From Phoronis australis (Eukaryota; Animalia; Phoronida), in the NCBI GenBank assembly GCA_002633005.1, contig NMRA01000208.1, positions 473,606 through 537,605 of the forward strand: a stretch of 64,000 nt of DNA, read 5' to 3'. The notes under the pieces are model-generated. The model was not told where the DNA came from. It made no database searches and worked only from the letters and a program-made list of their open reading frames with translations. Of the stretch, positions 38,349 through 50,900 are shown piece after piece. The position numbers and the translations under genes are program-made. Positions within the stretch are counted from its first letter, which is position 1; every line of letters starts with the position of its first letter.

Positions 38349-39942
38349 TACAATCCCGGGGATGATGCCATCAAGAGTTGAATAACCGTGAACCAATACG
38401 GAGAGTAAGAATGGGCCTAGGACCAATACACTCACCGGTATATAGCGAGGAGCTGCCTCAAGTATAGCTATAGCTGAGATCTAACAGTGTGAAAATATGA
38501 AATTCCCGATGAACTAAAGTTACTGGTCAGCTCAACTGTGATTCACTTGAGACAGGCAGCTTAGCTCGTACCGACCGTCTGCGCTCGCTCTAATGTCAAG
38601 ATTCGTTTTATTGTGATCCAGTTTCTGGAAAACTTTATTTTATCATGGTCATCCTTTGAAGGAGGTTTTTTTTGTGAAACGGTGAGTTCCCGAAGTTCCT
38701 GGTAAAGTGCATTTGGAGCTGTTTCAAAATGCCTAGTTGAAGCACGATCGGTAGTCCAGTTTCTGGTGGCTTGGGAAAAGGATAGTGTGCTCCAAAAATA
38801 TACTTCCTGAACGCCTGGAGTTCAAATTCAGTTCCCGTGGATCACTGAGATCTGCGCGGGCCTACTGCATGGTTACATCTTATTTTTAACGTGGTTACGT
38901 TAGTCATGACGTGCACGCGAACAGGACAAGCAATCATTTCGAAGAACAAAAAGTCATTGCTCAATAACATTGGAAACTAAAAACACCAAAGAAGTGCAAA
39001 GACAACCTTTCCCAGCAATGAGTTTAATTTTATGTATTTAAGGATTTTTAAAGCGTTTTTTCTATCTACGGTTTGTGAGTACGAATTTCATCAATATCTT
39101 TGAGAGTTATTTTAGATACGCAAAAATCGCCTATAAGTGTACTTTACTATTTGAGGATCGGATTATCAAGTTTTTTCAGCTTCAGGCTGCAATCAAATTC
39201 ACTGAAACATCACCAATTCTTACAAGATTTGCTTCTAATTGTCAAAAATCGATTTCCGTAGATGCATAAACAAGTAAATCAGAAAACAACGAATTTGTTT
39301 ATCAAAACGGAATATTTTGAGCAATTTCCGGGAGGAATATGGGAGATGCCGGGGGCATTCGTATTAAGGTGTATTTTTGCTTTACTTCAGAGGTACCTAT
39401 AACGGTTCACGAGGTAAATTTTCAATTCACTGACAAAAAAAAGCGCTGAAATCTTTGTTTATGATTGTGAGAGTTCGTTGAGTACCCCCCTTTCGACATG
39501 TACACGGTCATCACAAATAGTAGCCTAGACAGCACTGTTTTCCACTCGTGGGAATTTTCTTACAGACAACTAACTCATATTAACCATCTACAAAAGAGAT
39601 ACTATTCTTGTAACATTATTTTATAACTAACCATCGGAAATAATCCTTTTGTGTAATCCACAATTAGTGGTCTTCACGTTCTTCAAAATTCCACCCTTTC
39701 GATGATGGCAATCCTACTGTATTTTTTCACAGTTTGGGTTGTTTGGTTCGAATGGCTGTGCTGTGCGCAAATGTTTTGTGTTTTATCTTTTGGTGAATTT
39801 GGAATCTCGCTTTTCATTGTGAATACTTGGCAGTGTCGGACTTACGTGTATAGAGGGACAAGGGGACATTTCCCTCGAGGTGCTCCACCGAGAGAGGGTG
39901 CCGTCTGAAATGGGACATCTTAAGATGAAAGGCTAAACATCA

Positions 39943-40008
39943 TTAAGCTGTCATGAATTCTCATGAAGTTAATTTTGATTAACTTCATGAGAATTCATGA
40001 CAGCTTAA
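39943..40008. repeat. Perfect 66-bp palindrome (31-bp arms, TTTG loop)
   Basis: TTAAGCTGTCATGAATTCTCATGAAGTTAAT-TTTG-ATTAACTTCATGAGAATTCATGACAGCTTAA. Confidence 0.95.
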
Positions 40009-40968
40009 AAGTGCATTTCTTATGACGTACAACTATCCTAACAAAACAGTTTATGTTACACAACAATTCCGGACATCTTGTGTTGTTGTTTACTGTGTCA
40101 CTGACCAGTGCCCACTCATGATGAAACCCAAAGAGCTATCCAGACTCCATTCATGTTTATGAGTTGGATGAAATCACCGGAACTCTCAATATTGTTGTTG
40201 TTTTCCACTCACAACCCACACATATTTCTATTCACTACATATATTGTAGCTAGAGTTAATAAACTTTGTGTGTCAGTAGAAACTCAACGACTGTGTTAGT
40301 TTTTATGCTGCTCTCCATCGACTTGCTGTTGCTACCTTGTTAGCCAACTACCGTTCAAACAAGAACCGGGTAACCACAGCTATACTATCAAAAACCCATC
40401 CTCACATTAGTGGAGCCGTAGTCTCCACATTGCTGATTTCTCCACATAAGCTTGGAAAAAAGAGTGAAAGTGCATTCCACCGTCGTGTGGTCCCCAAACG
40501 ATGCCGGGAGTGACCTCCATCAATATGAAAGTCGATTGCACGATTTCACAAAACAACCGCAAAACAGAGGTAATCAATTCCAACATTGGGCCCTCTCTCC
40601 GTGAACGACCCCTTAAGAATTCGTCAATAAAAACACAAAAAGGGTAGCCACTTGAATGTCATCAATGGCGGGTCCCTGAATATGAAAACATCTGTATTTT
40701 CAGATATCAGGAAATGTGTCATCAATTTTTCTCAAGCCTTTTTATGTACAGTTTCGAGAAAAAAATAAAGCGAAAGTTGTCTCCGTTAACCCTTGCTAGA
40801 GAGGGGCATCTGGAAAAATACAGTTTTACATTCGCTAAATTGACTTACTGAATTTAAAAATCCAATAAATTAGTACGGTACGCAAAAGTTTCGCTTTACA
40901 AATGTTCTCAATTTTTCGAAATATATGTATGATTGATTTCGTGCACGTTTTCAAGTGCGCCTTGCTAC

Positions 40969-41616
40969 TGTAACAGGAGTGCCCTGGATATGATTATGTA
41001 AGTGAGATATATGCGCCCTCTAGTGGTCAAGCTGTGTATTACGTATGGAATTTTCCTATGATGTTGAGTCCTTTGGACATGGCCAAATATGGTCAGAAGC
41101 TAGGAGCTATGGGCCTCGCCCTTCAGATCGTGTCTGATTGGTTGAAATTGTGTACTTAAGCTTTGTCTCTGTCAGACACGAGGAGTCCAGTCGCAGAGTT
41201 CAAGAAGCAAACATTTACACCTTCACCCACACCAAATCGCAACTGTTTGTGCAGCTTTCGGGCTCCTCCCGAACTTGGTTGCCAACAGTTTAGCCCCGTG
41301 CAATTCTCGGGCTCCTCCCGAGCTTGATTGCATCTCACCTTTCGGATCTGAATAACCAAATTGCCCCGTTCTTGCACACTGCACACAGCTATAATCAGCG
41401 ACTGGCTTGCCCGTGTATCAGAACTGTATAAATCACAACGCTGCGATACTAAATCATGGAACAACTAGATTGCTTGTAAGTGTGGAATATTGTAGTTATA
41501 TATTCTTACAATAAACCTATGTATTATTCACCAACTTTTAGTTTCAACATCACCCTCAGTCCGCACCGGGCTCGTAAAATCGGGGCGCCTTGGTCGTAGA
41601 TACCGCCCCCGTTACA
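40969..41616 (+). mobile_element. Solo LTR (Ty3/Gypsy-like), 648 bp
   Basis: TGTAAC...GTTACA inverted termini with an exact 4-bp TSD CTAC at 40965-40968 and 41617-41620. Internal inverted CCAAT box at ~41137 and AATAAA at ~41510. Confidence 0.85.
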
Positions 41617-43894
41617 CTACAAAAGCGGAGACCCTAACTACAACTGTCCTGGCCAGAGTCCTCAAAAGGTAAACCATGCATTGATGCAGAGTTGTTAAAT
41701 GTTCTCTTGAATTTTCTCTCTTATCCGTATTTCTCAGTCTTTTTTTCCTGTACTGTCCCCGGCCCCACGCCTATGTCGGTTGCCACGGTTTAACCCTGAC
41801 GCCTGAAAATTTTTGTGCCCCCCGGCCCTCCGCTTCCTACGGCCCTGAGTTGGCTACCACAGTACCAGTACCATACACAAAGGACAAACACACGCCACAG
41901 TCACGCGCGCGTATTTCTAGACCTGCTAACAGAATTAGAACCTGTGCGTACTCAACTCAGAGATGACCATCTAGTGTTAAATTTTTTTATTAACAATTTC
42001 TGAAATAGTTTCTCAAGTTCTGATTGCGGGGGGACCATGTAGTGTTCAATTTTTTATATTCATAACTTCTGAAATAGTTAATTCTGATTGGGGGAGGGGT
42101 TTGGCAAAGTCGAACTGGTTCGTGTCCCTCAACCCCTCATCAGTACTTTTTACCTTCCCACGGACCCGACAAAAGAGTGCAAGTATATCCTGCATGTCTG
42201 ATAGTTTGTACAGCAAAGGAATCAAAGATCGATGGTGAATTTTGGCACCTGTACTAGATAAGACAAAAATTTGGCATTTTATTCTTACAACAGGCATTCA
42301 AAACGGGAAATCATCACTCTCTGAACGCTAAATAGCAAAAGGTTGTCTTCGTTGTTATGTACTTTGCTCAAAGTTTCATGTGGTTTCCGTGACTGGACTC
42401 TACTTTCATTAGCAACTACAACACCAAAACTGTCGACTCGAGAACATGCTTCACACAGCTTATTGCGGCTTAGGGGCGGATCCAGGATTTTGCGTTGGGA
42501 AGGGGGGGGCAGGACACAGGAATAACCTGAACTTCGCCACATGCGCGCGCCCAGTCTAAAATGTAGGGATGCACCCCAACTGCCAAATGGTATCTGGGAG
42601 AATTTTAGGGGGGGGGGTCACACCCCCCTTGGCCACCCCCCCCCCCAAATGCGCCTGACTGCGGCCAACCTTGAAATTGCGTGTTCGAAATTGATGCATC
42701 TATGCATTGCCTGTGACTCAGTTGCCCCATCATTTCCATGCAAGATGGGACAAGTGTGGTAATGTTTTCAAAGCATAACTTGTTTGGGTGGGAGAGACAC
42801 AATAATTCAAAACTACTAGGATAATCATAAAGTAAGTTCAGTTTGTAAACTATTGAAAAGCATGGATTGTTTGGATAGCAGAAATTTAAACACCTTTTGT
42901 CAAAAATGGTCTGTGAAGAATAGAAACATGAACATTATACCCTTTTCCTTCACCTAAAAGGAAATGAATAAATTGGCATCAAACATTAAGCATTAGTCTA
43001 TGGGTGTTTTACTTTATTTATTGACAATACAAGCAATACATATAACAAATAATGGCAATACAATGTATGATGGAAAATAATGAGTATTGTCTTGAATGAC
43101 TATACAAAAACATAAGTACATTACGATAACCTGGCTTTTAACACAGACTTGATCCTTCATCTAAACACAATGAAAAGGACCCAATTATTTTTGATATCTG
43201 AAACGCCATTTCCTTGAATCAAAATTGCACTGCTTGACAAAAGAATTTCTTGTTTTTCTCATACAGATCCTCCATGACTAGTTAGATACTAAGGCTAAAA
43301 CTGCCCATTCAGTCTCCTCACTTTGTTTAGTGATTACAACAACAACATGACCAATTTAATGTCACTCCGGACACCGATGAAATTTCAAAGCACACAGAAA
43401 TCACAGACGTCAAAAGCAAATCAGGTAATAATTAGAAAAAACATTTGGGAATTTGTTTATTAGGGAAATGTTTATGAAGTAATGAAATGTTTTTTTCATA
43501 GCAGTTCGTGCATATCAGTGAGACAAAAACAAAACACAGACTGTCTCTTTAAAATACTTGAAGGTAAAATTCTCAATTTTAAGATGTTCTCTACAACTGA
43601 ACATCTAACTTTGTGACAGATGATATCTCATTTAGGAACACTTCCAACGGCCTACTACTAACGTTTCAACAGAAAATTAAAAAGATGACATATTGCACTT
43701 GAGCCCATTATCTCTTGCTAATTCACGTGTTCGCCTGCAACAAACATAGTTATTTTATTAGTCGCAATACTACAAGATAACAATGTGAAATAGACAACAT
43801 TGCCATGCTGAGGACAAAAGGATTATCAACTTTATGAAACTATCTTGTAATCTTGTTGTCACAACGGGATTCCCAAAATCTATGTCAGTAGTCC

Positions 43895-44110
43895 TCAATA
43901 GAAACACATAACAAATTTCATGAAGATTCATCAAGGATGACCGTAGATATTGAGGCAGACAAAAAAACAAAATTGCCACTAGGGGGCAACTGGTCCAAAA
44001 ATCCTAACCAGCCACGCTCTTACCTGTTGGATCACATAAATAATAAACATACATCTGCCAATTTTGATAATGATCCATGGAGTGGTTTGGCTGATAGAGT
44101 GGCGGACATA
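43895..44110 (-). mobile_element. Fragment of the same HINE-like family
   Basis: Shares AAATTTCATGAA, AAAATTGCCACTAGGGGGCA and TGCCAATTTT...GATAGAGTGG blocks with copies 1 and 2. Confidence 0.55.
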
Positions 44111-45252
44111 ATAAATATGTCATCACCTAATACTGCTATCCAATTAGCTAAAGGACCCACATATATTTTGGAGGTTTTGCAGCCAAGTACTAAAGGACTC
44201 TTCTGCATAAATTTCAGAGATTTTGCTGCCAAGTATAACCCAATGCATAAGTGAACTGGTAGTGCAGCTGAACATTTCATGAAAAGTGACTCAAGATTGA
44301 AAACAAAAAATTTGTCCAAGTTAAGATCAAAGACAAAAATTCAGAAAAGACATGAACACAAGGTGGGATTTGGGTTTTCTATCCTAACTTTAAATCACCG
44401 TGTAAGTCGGTTTTTGACATATGTGAGCATTTAATCTACATTTTAACCACCTGCTGAGGTGAATTTACAAAACCAAGCGAAGCGGTGTGTGCATTACTTT
44501 GGTCTTGAAACTTTAAATGGGGATTTATTTGCAACATTTTGGATACAATTGGATCTAACATGTGACAACGCCCGATCTTTTAATAAGACATCAACAAAAT
44601 TTGTTACTCAACAGTTCACAATGAAGATAGTAGTAAATTTTCGCCATTAAGACCAAAAATCCAATCTTAAATCTGCAGGATAGCTTTGATTGATTTCGGT
44701 CCTAATTTTAGTCTGACTAAAGAAATTTCATGAAACAAGGTCGACATTTTGGTCTTAAGTTAGCCTAATTTCGGTCAAACTTAAGACAGAGAACTCTATA
44801 AAAAGGGTCCCAGGTTCATCTAGAGCTTTACACAAGTTTTCCTTCACTGTTAAGGATGCCCGGATCGATAACAATTGATTTATTGTTCATCACGACAATT
44901 AACAGTGAACAAAATGCGCCAAGTCATCCATAAATTCATGAACTCCAATACAATTTTATCACACGTGCATTTTTTCTACGATATTTCAAGGACCTTATTT
45001 GATGAATATTTCATGAAGCGAAGCCTAGCAATTTATTTTTTGCACAGCATGTGTCATTTTGTGCGATTCTCTACAGATTTATTGAATTGCCTTGGTTCAG
45101 TTAATGCTTATGCAAATAACAAACTATCAAATTGAACAAGTGTTACTTTTCAACTGATCTCTATTTGCATGAACTATCCAACATATATCATTAATATGGT
45201 CCAAAGATGACCTTCGTGCATAAATAATTAGGGTGTCTGTGATACTTACGCA

Positions 45253-48010
45253 CTATTTTTTCTTTGGTTTAGGATCTGTACTCTGGAACACACTGCTAGC
45301 AGCCATCAGGTTCTCAATGTACTGACCCAGAACCTGGTTCTCAGATTTGAGCTTCATGTTCTCTTCCTTGACGGCGTCCACGCGTACAGATAGATCTGGT
45401 GAAACAGGTCACAATACAGTAAAGTGAAGACTGAGAATTTTGTGTTTTCTCGTTTTTTGAGAAATTTAACTCACAGCTTTGATATGCATATACATAGATA
45501 CATGAATATCACAAATGTGAGTTTAATTTCTCAGCCTTAACTTTAATTACACACGCACTGTATACAGATTCTATGTATTCACTACCACACTCACTGTAGG
45601 CCTATACAGATTCCATGTGCTTACTAACACATGCACTGCAGGCCTATACAGATTCCATGTATTCACTACCACACTCACTGTAGGCCTATACAGATTCCAT
45701 GTGCTTACTAACACATGNAATGGCCACTAGGTGGCACAAAGAACCTCGATTCCATCCAAAAACGGGAGGATAGCTTCACCTCACCAATACATGCCTATAT
45801 TCCAAATTTTCTGAAAATCTGTTCAGGCCTTTTGAAGATACAGAGGTAAACTTAAAAAAATATAATTGCCACCAGGGGGCACACTGGTAGTCACATCAGT
45901 ATGGAAGTTCTTATCCGTTGTGAACATAATATAAATACACTTGCTAAATTAAGCAAAGATCTTGCAAACGGTTTAGGAGATACACCCATGGGCGCAAAAA
46001 AAAACAAAACTGCCACTAGAAGACGCCATAGTAGACAAAATCGTCGGAAAATCATTGTCAGCCGTCCTGTTCATAGTAAGAACATACATGCCAATTTTCA
46101 CAATCATCCTTAGAGCGGTTTGGTTGATAGAGGGGTGGACTCGAAAACAGCAAAAATGGCCACTAGGTAGCGTAAACTTCGTCGAATTCATCCGAAAACG
46201 GAAGGATAGCGTCATCTCACTAATAGATGCCTATTTGCCAAATTTTACAAAAATATGTCGAGGACCTTTGAAGATATAGAGGTAAGCGTAAAAAACTAAA
46301 ATTGCAACTAGGGGGCACACCGGTAGTCGGATCCGTCCAAAAGTTCGCTCATGCCGTTCCATCCACGAAAGGGAGAATATATTTGCCAAATTTCATGAAC
46401 GTAATGTCAAAGGGTTTTGGAGACAGAGCAGCGGACGATGGACAGACGGACGGAGACGACAGCATAATGCGTCCACATATAAATATGTGGGTACATAAAA
46501 TTGTAATCCATAAAATTACGCCAATCTCTGACTGTTTTGCAGCTGTTGAGTTCAAGTAGTTGTTCATTCTTTTTGAAAATGGCGCTGTTCTGTTACTGGC
46601 TTTGAGAAACAGTAAACGTAGTGTGCTGCAACTTATTGGTGAAACGGAGCTGTGGCAAAATTCATTGGTAAATGTGTGCCAATTTACAGGTCACTTTTAT
46701 ACTACTTATTGCTATTAACTGACAATTTACAAAACAAATAGAACAAAATTTCATGTTTGCTAAAAGAATATTCCTGTTTTTGAATATGAATAAACAGGAT
46801 CGCCAAAAAATTCCTTTGGTCAATTGGTTAGAACAGGAATGGACACAACTGAAAGGAATCTGACCACCTCAGAGGCCATTTTCCTGAAATAACCCCAGTG
46901 TAGGCATTGACTTTATCTAACGGAATTTAAGTTAAAATACCAGGAAAAACTGCTAAAATTCACACAGTTTGGATTGCAAATGTGAATACGATAGTAAAGA
47001 GACTGACTTGAAACAGAAGACAATTGATACTGTTGTTGCGTAGCGCCAGTTTGGTGGAAGTTTTCACATCAACAGGGCATGTCAATAAAATTGTACAGTA
47101 TCTACAACTTTGCCGTGGCATATTTATTTAGGTTCTACAGTTTACTGAGTGCTCTAGTATATAGGATTTCAACAAAAGATGTTCGACTAACCATCAAGAG
47201 TATTCTGCAGCTCCAGAACAGACTGAATGAGTCTCTGTTTCTCTTCTTCTTCATCGGGGTTCACGTCCGAGTCAAAAGCTGAAGGCAGAAATGCATAGAT
47301 CTGAGAATCAGTACACTGCGAACGGGAGACAGAGAACTGGTGTACCATTGCCATGTACACTGTGAACGGGAGACAAAGAACTGGAGCACCGGTAACTTGT
47401 ACACTTCCAGAAAATAAGTTGCAACATGATGTGTAAAAATAAATACACATCTGTGTTCTGTAGACGCAAAAACCTCACAAAACGCAAGGCCTGCCAAGTC
47501 TTCACGACATACTGCTATGTCTTCCATGCAAAACACGTATTACAGTTAGCTTTTTTCGAGAAAGTCTTGGTTCTATGGAACACAGCTTAGGTGTTTTTTT
47601 TTTCATGCGTAGGATAACACAACACCATTTAGCCATATGTGCTCTGCCTTTCTGCTCCAACAGATATCACTATCCATCACCATTTAGATAATATGGTGAA
47701 TGCCATACGCAAATGTCCTTTCACAGAAGTCTGCATAGTTCAACGCGAGACATCTGTTAAGATGTGGTGAGAAACCATTCTAATACTTTAAGAACAATTA
47801 CAAATACGTTTTAAAAAAAATTAATGCTAAAAAATTAATCGATTGCGCAAAAAATATAATCGTAAACAAAACTATAAAATGTTTACAGAACCAGGTCATT
47901 CATTTACCTATTTCTATAATGGTACTAAACAATGAACTTACCATGTAAGTTGGAACCATTGGCCAAGCTGCCTAGTCTGTTAGCTTCATCTAAACTTGGA
48001 CGCTGGTCAC
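45253..48010 (-). CDS. SCOC: Short coiled-coil protein (SCOC/UNC-69); first coding exon uncertain
   Basis: Phase-1 exons 48010-47942, 47278-47192 and 45395-45253 give [98 protein letters not shown]. This contains the SCOC signature [38 protein letters not shown]. Confidence 0.93.
45555..45717. repeat. ~39-bp minisatellite with dimeric structure, ending at an N (45718)
   Basis: CACTG.AGGCCTATACAGATTCCATGT... repeated about 4 times. Confidence 0.8.
45719..46500 (-). mobile_element. HINE-like element, copy 2 (SCOC intron; truncated at an assembly N)
   Basis: Five subunits homologous to copy 1, a GGACAGACGGACGGAGACG microsatellite, and the same terminal hairpin at 46467-46496. Confidence 0.7.
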
Positions 48011-50790
48011 CTAAGAAAATAACAAATTGCAAGTAATTTACCAGTAAGTAGATATTACTGAACTTCATAAGTCATACATAATTAACACAACTAATAAAGT
48101 AAACAACCCATAAAATGTAAGAAAAGCTATACACAGTATTTCTCTCTAAATTCCTGAAAAGAAGTTCAATCAACAGTTTATATTCTATGCACCTTAAAAT
48201 GAGATGAACCAGGGTTCTTCACAAGCTAGATTGAAGTTTTGTTTCTTTAAGGTTATCTCAAACCTTATTTAGTGGCCTCCATTCTAACTCGTCAATCAGT
48301 CAAAGTATATTTTCAGAAAGGGATTATAAAAATGTTATATATTTATGTGCCATTATTACTATTACGTTAAAACCTTTTTTAAGAATGGTACATTCATAGC
48401 AAAATAAGCCCTCGGTCGATTCTAATGAAACTTTTTTAAATGAAAACTTCACCAGTTATCTCAAAAATCTGTTAGGAATTTTCTATTAGTCTTTTAGCTT
48501 GGTTTCTGTGACAAATCAACTCACAAATCGTAAGGTATTTTTGTAAAACATAGCAGTCGTATTTGTCTTTGTTACAATATGCAAAAACTGGGCCTTTATA
48601 TCAAAAAATCTTAAGAGTTTTTGAAATTGATGAACAAGTATTAAGTTTGAAATGTTTCATCGAAATCCACCAAGCCGTTTTTGAGAACTCATGTTCCTGA
48701 GTTCAAATTAAGTCGATTTACCAAAGCCAAGAAAAAGTCGATCAAGTTCTAAGATGTGAAAATCTCAAGATCATTGGTTACTTATTTGGTGAAAACTTGT
48801 AATCAGTCAATATAACCTAGTATACATACCTTAACCATGTTTTCTATTTCAACATTCACTCGCAATGTCAACCAGTGTTCAATTAACTAAATTATCGTGA
48901 CCCTCTCTAGTCAAGGCGAGGTCAACTGTTGAACTACATAAAAGTAGGTCAACAGTTCATTGTTATACACACCACGTGCTGGGAGATTGATATGAAACCA
49001 AGTACGAAATGGACAACAGAAATCGAGTTGGTGGTTAAAGCGCATCGTGAGCATGAGATCAAAACAGTGAAACGTCAAATTACCAATCAAATTAATGAGG
49101 ATTTATCTCTTTTTACAACTTGCCGTGTTCCTGAACACAAAATCACAGAAGTGTGCGGCGACTTGGACTGAGCATTCGTTCTCAATGGTCATATGCATAC
49201 AGACGCACAACTCCCTCAAGATCAAAACTATGTTTTGTCTCTGTTTTCCCCGGCATCTTTCAATCATATGTACATGTCGTTGACTCAATATATGGCGATT
49301 CCATAAATGAAAGGACTGAGGGTACTCTCGAGTTCCGAATAGCCATATCTATACGATTTTTTTCAGACTCGTTTTCCGGTCTATATGATGCTTATTCGGG
49401 TCTCTACGTTTATTAATTTACTAACCTTTTTCCACTCTCCACGATTATTTGATTCAGCAAGTTCACAATTTTTGTTTCATTCAATACAAATTTGTTACAC
49501 AAAAACTTTGCTGCTGATACCGGGTATCGTACCTTGGTCATAAGACGACGTTTATTCGCTCTAAACCTCTAGACCACGAGACACTCAGTTCGGTTTTTGT
49601 AATTTAGAAGAGCTATATACGACTCCGCGTTACACACGGATGTCACATGTCATACACATTAAAAGAGTTTATTTGCTCAAATATACAACTGTATGTTTCA
49701 AAGCGTAAAATAATCGGACTCCCAAGCAAGGGTTTACGCAGCGGCCGTCTGTCAAAATTTAAAAAAGCTTGACATGATGACCATTTTCTCAATATTAACG
49801 GCTGGTTGGCAGTCGCTCAAAGAAATAGGCCATCAGTAATTTCAGAAATGAGAAATTTAATGCTCAAAAAGTGCATTTTTCAATATTCCGCGCGCCCCGT
49901 GACACAGATCGGTGTTACCAGCAGCTCAACATACATATGAAAAAAAACGCTTTCGATGAGTTTCTTTGGGTGATCCAATATTTATGATTGCACCCTGTGA
50001 AAAATTGGCAAGCCGTTACAACTCTTCACTGTGTCTATCCCCAAAGTTTGCGTTTCCGGGGGAGTAATTCCGAGATTTTGCACAGCCAGTGTCATCTGCG
50101 GTTTCCGTCATTATTGACATGCGCATTCTGCATACTTGATCATGTCGTCTGCCGCGCAAAGGCCTAAAGAATTCGAGGATTATTTTACAAACCGAGAGAT
50201 GTTCCAGATACAGACATTGATTCAGATGCTGGTACGACAAATAATCCAGCTACAAATACGGACCGCGGTGATAACGCGACCAGTCCACGAAGCACAAATA
50301 CCCGTGCTATTATATATCATTATTCCCTAGAATTTGCTGTTTTACATTATTATTCCCTTCTATATCATTATTAGACTTTATCTAAATTTGTAATCAATAT
50401 TATTATTCCAGTCTATACTATGTTTAAATTTTCCACAAATTTGCTGTCTATACCATTATTCCATTCTATACTATTATTAATTTTTTCCGACAATTTCCGG
50501 TCTATACTATTATTCTACTTTTCTAGTGGCAAAAATGTTGGGTCTATACTATCATTAGTCTCTACTATTATTAAAATTCGTGAAATTTTCCAGTCTATAC
50601 TATTATTGCTGTCTCTACAACTATTCGGAACTCTAGAGTACATACGGAGATGCTTTATGCCTGGCAGGAGTGATTTGAGTGACAGCCCTGTAACCTTTGA
50701 CCTCGGATAAGTAGTAAACATATTTCCACAGGGTTGTGCGGCTCTAAAAGGGTTCTACAAGACCTTTTTTCTCGTATAAAAAAAAATAAT

Positions 50791-50900
50791 TGCAGGCGGT
50801 CTGATACACGTTGTACCAGACGTGCGCAGGCCTCGCATGTGGGCCCATTGCACTGATCACCTGGAAATATTTTTATGCTTTATTAATATATGGTTAAAAA
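50791..50900 (+). repeat. ~110-bp dispersed repeat, 3 copies (10229-10336 +, 50791-50900 +, 60319-60424 -)
   Basis: Shared core CCATTGCACTGATCACCTG...ATTTTTATGCTTTAT.AAT. Confidence 0.75.

Noticed and set aside
48830-49541. ATG mini-exons ATGGTTAAG|GTATG and ATGACCAAG|GTAC as SCOC starts
   Set aside because: Both are phase 0, and joining either to the 48010 exon gives a stop within seven codons.
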